Shown here one piece after another: positions 60,332 to 64,000 of a DNA stretch of 64,000 nt. The first letter of the stretch is position 1, and the number at the start of each line of letters is the position of its first letter. This DNA is from Chamaesiphon sp. Its GTDB lineage: Bacteria > Cyanobacteriota > Cyanobacteriia > Cyanobacteriales > Chamaesiphonaceae. The translations under genes were made by a program, and so were the position numbers. The stretch lies in NCBI GenBank assembly GCA_965246715.1, contig CBDFFH010000049.1, positions 1 through 64,000 on the forward strand, given 5' to 3'. Under the pieces are notes generated by a model, which was not told the DNA's origin, did no database searches, and saw nothing but the letters and a program-made list of their open reading frames with translations.

Positions 60332-62533
60332 TTAGCCGAACTTACCAGCAGTAGAGGCGATTAGGAAAGCTGCATAAGTGAGGACATAACCAACTGTGAA
60401 GTGAGCTAGACCTACTACACGACCTTGAACGATCGACATCGCAACGGGCTTATCTTTCCAACGAACCAAGTTCGCCAATGGAGTCCGCTCGTGTGCCCAG
60501 ACAAGTGTTTCGATCAACTCTTGCCAGTAACCACGCCAGCTAATTAAGAACATAAAGCCAGTCGCCCAGACGAGGTGTCCGAAGAGGAACATCCATGCCC
60601 ATACAGACAAGTTGTTCATCCCGTAAGGGTTATAACCGTTAATTAACTGCGAGGAGTTCTGCCAGAGGTAATCGCGTAACCAACCCATTAAGTAAGTCGA
60701 AGACTCATTAAATTGGGCGACGTTACCTTGCCAAATACCGAGGTGTTTCCAGTGCCAGTAGAATGTTACCCACCCTAGAGTGTTCAACATCCAGAACATC
60801 GCGAGGTAGAAGGAGTCCCAACCTGAGATGTCACAAGTACCACCACGACCGGGGCCATCACAAGGGAAGGCGTAGCCGAAGTCTTTCTTGTCGGGCATTA
60901 GTTTGGAACCGCGAGCATCCAATGCACCTTTGACCAAGATCAACGTGGTGGTGTGGAGACCCAATGCGATCGCATGGTGAACTAAGAAGTCACCAGGTCC
61001 GATGGTTAGGAACAAGGAGTTCTTACCAGAGTTGATCGCATCCAACCAACCCGGTAGGTAAACTGCATTGGTATTTGAAGCGATACTATCGGCATTGGAT
61101 AGTAAGGTATCGAAACCATAGAGCACTTTACCGTGAGCGGATTGAACGAACTGTGCGAACACGGGTTCGATCAAGATTTGTTTTTCAGGTGTACCGAAGG
61201 CAACTACGACATCATTGTGAACGTAGAGACCGAGGGTATGGAACCCTAAGAACAGAGACACCCAGCTCAAGTGGGAGATAATTGCCTCTTTGTGCTCTAG
61301 CATCCGCGCGAGCACGTTGTTCCGGTTTTGCTCTGGGTCGTAATCCCGTACCCAGAAGATCGCACCGTGAGCGAAGGCACCAACCATTAAGAAACCAGCA
61401 ATGTACTGGTGGTGGGTATACAGCGAAGCTTGGGTAGTGAAGTCCTGTGCCAAGAACGCATAAGGCGGCATGGAGTACATGTGTTGAGCCACCAAGGAAG
61501 TGACTACACCTAACGAAGCCAATGCCAAACCTAGTTGGAAGTGGAGGGAATTATTCACAGTGTCATACAGACCCTTGTGACCTTCACCTAACTTACCAGC
61601 GGGCGGACGGTGAGCGTTGAGGATATCCTTAATGCTATGACCGATGCCGAAGTTTGTCCGATACATATGCCCAGCAACGATGAAAATCACCGCGATCGCT
61701 AGGTGGTGGTGCGCCATATCAGTCAACCACAAAGATTGAGTCTGAGGATGGAAGCTGCCCAAGAAAGTCAAGATTGCCGTGCCAGCACCTGTGGATGTAC
61801 CAAAGAGTTGTTGAGCGGTATCAGGATTTTCTGCATATACACCCCAATTTCCAGTGAAGAAGGGAGTCAAACCTGCCGGGTGAGGTAGGGTGGAGAGGAA
61901 GTTATCCCAGCCAACGTGCTGACCGCGAGATTCAGGGATAGCAACGTGGACTAAGTGACCCGTCCAAGCTAGCGAACTCACACCAAACAAACCAGCTAAG
62001 TGGTGGTTGAGGCGAGATTCAGCATTCTTGAACCAAGACAAGCTGGGGCGGAATTTAGGTTGGAGGTGTAACCAACCAGCAAACAGCATGACTGAAGCAA
62101 GCACGAGTAAGAAAATCGAACCCATGTACAAGTCATCGTTCGACCGCATCCCGATCGTATACCACCACTGGTAGAGACCGGAATAGCTGATATTGACAGG
62201 ATTAGATGCACCACCTTGAGTAAAAGCATCAACTGCTGGTTGCCCAAAGTGGGGATCCCAAATTGCATGAGCGATCGGGCTGACGTTTAGTGGATCTTTG
62301 ATCCACTGTTCAAAATTACCTTGCCAAGCTACATGGAACTGGTTGCCAGAAGCCCACAGAAAGATAATGCCGAGGTGACCAAAGTGAGTTGCGAAAATCT
62401 TTTGGTAAAGATTTTCCTCAGTCATGCCATCATGGCTTTCAAAATCATGAGCCGTGGCAATCCCGTACCAGAGCCGACGAGTAGTCGGATCTTGTGCGAG
62501 GTCTTGGCTAAATTTAGGGAATTTAGTTGCCAT
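60332..62533 (-). CDS. psaB: Photosystem I P700 apoprotein A2
   Basis: [39 protein letters not shown]; start ATG 62533. Confidence 0.99.
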   Translation of the reverse strand: MATKFPKFSQDLAQDPTTRRLWYGIATAHDFESHDGMTEENLYQKIFATHFGHLGIIFLWASGNQFHVAWQGNFEQWIKDPLNVSPIAHAIWDPHFGQPAVDAFTQGGASNPVNISYSGLYQWWYTIGMRSNDDLYMGSIFLLVLASVMLFAGWLHLQPKFRPSLSWFKNAESRLNHHLAGLFGVSSLAWTGHLVHVAIPESRGQHVGWDNFLSTLPHPAGLTPFFTGNWGVYAENPDTAQQLFGTSTGAGTAILTFLGSFHPQTQSLWLTDMAHHHLAIAVIFIVAGHMYRTNFGIGHSIKDILNAHRPPAGKLGEGHKGLYDTVNNSLHFQLGLALASLGVVTSLVAQHMYSMPPYAFLAQDFTTQASLYTHHQYIAGFLMVGAFAHGAIFWVRDYDPEQNRNNVLARMLEHKEAIISHLSWVSLFLGFHTLGLYVHNDVVVAFGTPEKQILIEPVFAQFVQSAHGKVLYGFDTLLSNADSIASNTNAVYLPGWLDAINSGKNSLFLTIGPGDFLVHHAIALGLHTTTLILVKGALDARGSKLMPDKKDFGYAFPCDGPGRGGTCDISGWDSFYLAMFWMLNTLGWVTFYWHWKHLGIWQGNVAQFNESSTYLMGWLRDYLWQNSSQLINGYNPYGMNNLSVWAWMFLFGHLVWATGFMFLISWRGYWQELIETLVWAHERTPLANLVRWKDKPVAMSIVQGRVVGLAHFTVGYVLTYAAFLIASTAGKFG

Positions 62534-62730
62534 AGTTTTCTTATCAGGTTTCCTCGCTGACAGACGAGACGATTGTAGTAGGCCGTAAGCTAACCGCAAC
62601 CATCTCGTGTGGCATTAATTAGCATTACTTTAATGTTGCTACCGAAGTCCAGCTAACTGGGTTCGGTTCAGTAGCGATATTTAGAGCAGTTGCCACTATT
62701 CTCGCTACTGAAGTATCGACGTTGACTTCG

Positions 62731-64000
62731 CTAACCGATCGAAATCGATCGAGCTAGGAAGAATGCCCAGGTTGTCGCAATACCTCCGAGGAGATAATGT
62801 GCTACCCCAACAGCCCGACCCTGAATAATACTCAGAGCGCGAGGTTGAATTGCTGGGCCGACGTTGAGCTTGTTGTGCGCCCAAACGATCGATTCGATCA
62901 GTTCTTGCCAGTAGCCGCGACCGCTGAACAGGAACATCAAGCTAAACGCCCAGATGAAGTGTGCGCCCAAGAAGATCAATCCGTAAGCCGACAGCGCCGT
63001 ACCGTAGGAGTTGATAACTTGAGAAGCTTGTGCCCACAGGAAGTCACGCAACCAACCATTGATTGTCGTCGCACTAGCAGCAAAGTTGCCACCAGTAACG
63101 TGGTTGACCGTACCGTCTGGCGATACTGTCCCCCAAACATCCGACTGCATTTTCCAGCTAAAGTGGAAGATTACAACCGAAATTGCGTTGTACATCCAGA
63201 ACAGTCCGAGGAAGACGTGATCCCAACCAGAAACTTGGCAGGTACCACCCCGACCGGGGCCGTCGCAAGGGAACCGGAAGCCCAGACTAGCTTTATCGGG
63301 GATTAACCGCGAGCTACGAGCGAACAGTACACCTTTAAGCAGAATTAAGACAGTGACGTGAATGGTGAAAGCATGGATGTGGTGAACCATGAAGTCCGCC
63401 GTTCCTAATGCGATCGGCATCATTGCCACTTTGCCGCCGACTGCGAGAGTATCGCCACCGAAAGCGAGACTAGCAGTGTTCAGTGCGTTTGGCGCAGTGT
63501 TCCCAGCCGCAGCAGTGTGCAGACCTTGCACCCACTGAGCGAACACGGGCTGCAACTGAATTGCTTTGTCAGAGAACATATCCTGAGGACGACCCAAAGC
63601 TTGCATGGTGTCGTTGTGGATATACAGACCGAAGCTATGGAAGCCCAAGAACATCGAGACCCAGTTCAGATGTGAAATTACCGCGTCGCGGTGACGTAAC
63701 ATCCGATCGAGAAGATTGTTCTGGTTCATTGCTGGGTCGTAGTCACGAACCATGAAGATTGCGCCGTGAGCGGCACCACCAACGATACAGAAACCGCCAA
63801 TCCACATGTGGTGGGTAAACAGCGATAACTGAGTCGCGTAGTCCGTTGCTTGGTAAGGATAAGGAGGCATCGCATACATGTGTTGTGCCACAATGATGCT
63901 GAGCGACCCTAACATTGCTAAGTTGATTGCCAACTGAGCATGCCAAGAAGTAGTTAGTACTTCATAGAGACCTTTATGACCTTCGCCAGTAAAGGGACCT
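62731..64000 (-). CDS. psaA: Photosystem I P700 apoprotein A1 (5' part outside the window)
   Basis: [37 protein letters not shown]; the frame is open to the window end. Confidence 0.99.
   Translation of the reverse strand, partial: GPFTGEGHKGLYEVLTTSWHAQLAINLAMLGSLSIIVAQHMYAMPPYPYQATDYATQLSLFTHHMWIGGFCIVGGAAHGAIFMVRDYDPAMNQNNLLDRMLRHRDAVISHLNWVSMFLGFHSFGLYIHNDTMQALGRPQDMFSDKAIQLQPVFAQWVQGLHTAAAGNTAPNALNTASLAFGGDTLAVGGKVAMMPIALGTADFMVHHIHAFTIHVTVLILLKGVLFARSSRLIPDKASLGFRFPCDGPGRGGTCQVSGWDHVFLGLFWMYNAISVVIFHFSWKMQSDVWGTVSPDGTVNHVTGGNFAASATTINGWLRDFLWAQASQVINSYGTALSAYGLIFLGAHFIWAFSLMFLFSGRGYWQELIESIVWAHNKLNVGPAIQPRALSIIQGRAVGVAHYLLGGIATTWAFFLARSISIG

Noticed and set aside
62534..62730. ncRNA in the psaA-psaB spacer (TTCAGTAGCGA/TCGCTACTGAA inverted repeat)
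   Set aside because: Most simply an intercistronic mRNA-stabilising hairpin; nothing else supports a separate RNA
60332..64000. Far-red-light (FaRLiP) psaA/psaB paralogs
   Set aside because: Sequences look like standard PsaA/PsaB and no rfp, apc or psbA4 cluster is adjacent within the window

Overview
Chromosomal window from a cyanobacterium. Evidence: psaA/psaB, ycf52, ycf54, rbcR/ycf30, SLH porins and very dense HIP1-type CGATCG/GCGATCGC sites; the style suggests a Chamaesiphon-like organism, which is inference only. Housekeeping genes include tRNA-Pro(TGG), rpmF, metK, pdxJ, menC, thiG, a GH57, two lepB copies, a Na+/H+ antiporter and a Mn exporter with a yybP-ykoY riboswitch. The most interesting feature is a probable protease-controlled transmembrane signalling system at 13.7-21.1 kb: an atypical sigma-70-like factor, a DUF1822 protein, a membrane-anchored CHAT (caspase-like) protease with an intact His/Cys dyad fused to a periplasmic LivJ-type ligand-binding domain, and a free lipoprotein copy of that binding domain, followed by three porins. 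A second sigma/DUF1822 pair at 2.2-4.6 kb is instead divergent from a PhnD-like lipoprotein and a Ser/Thr kinase. Also present are a candidate Phd-like/MazF-like toxin-antitoxin pair, a structured ~280-nt sRNA or small-ORF locus, complete IS1634 and ISL3 elements with target-site duplications (TSDs), several MITEs (some carrying REP-like palindromes or nested ~30-bp inserts) and several pseudogenes. No CRISPR array or rRNA was seen. All family calls come from motif recognition by eye, not database searches.
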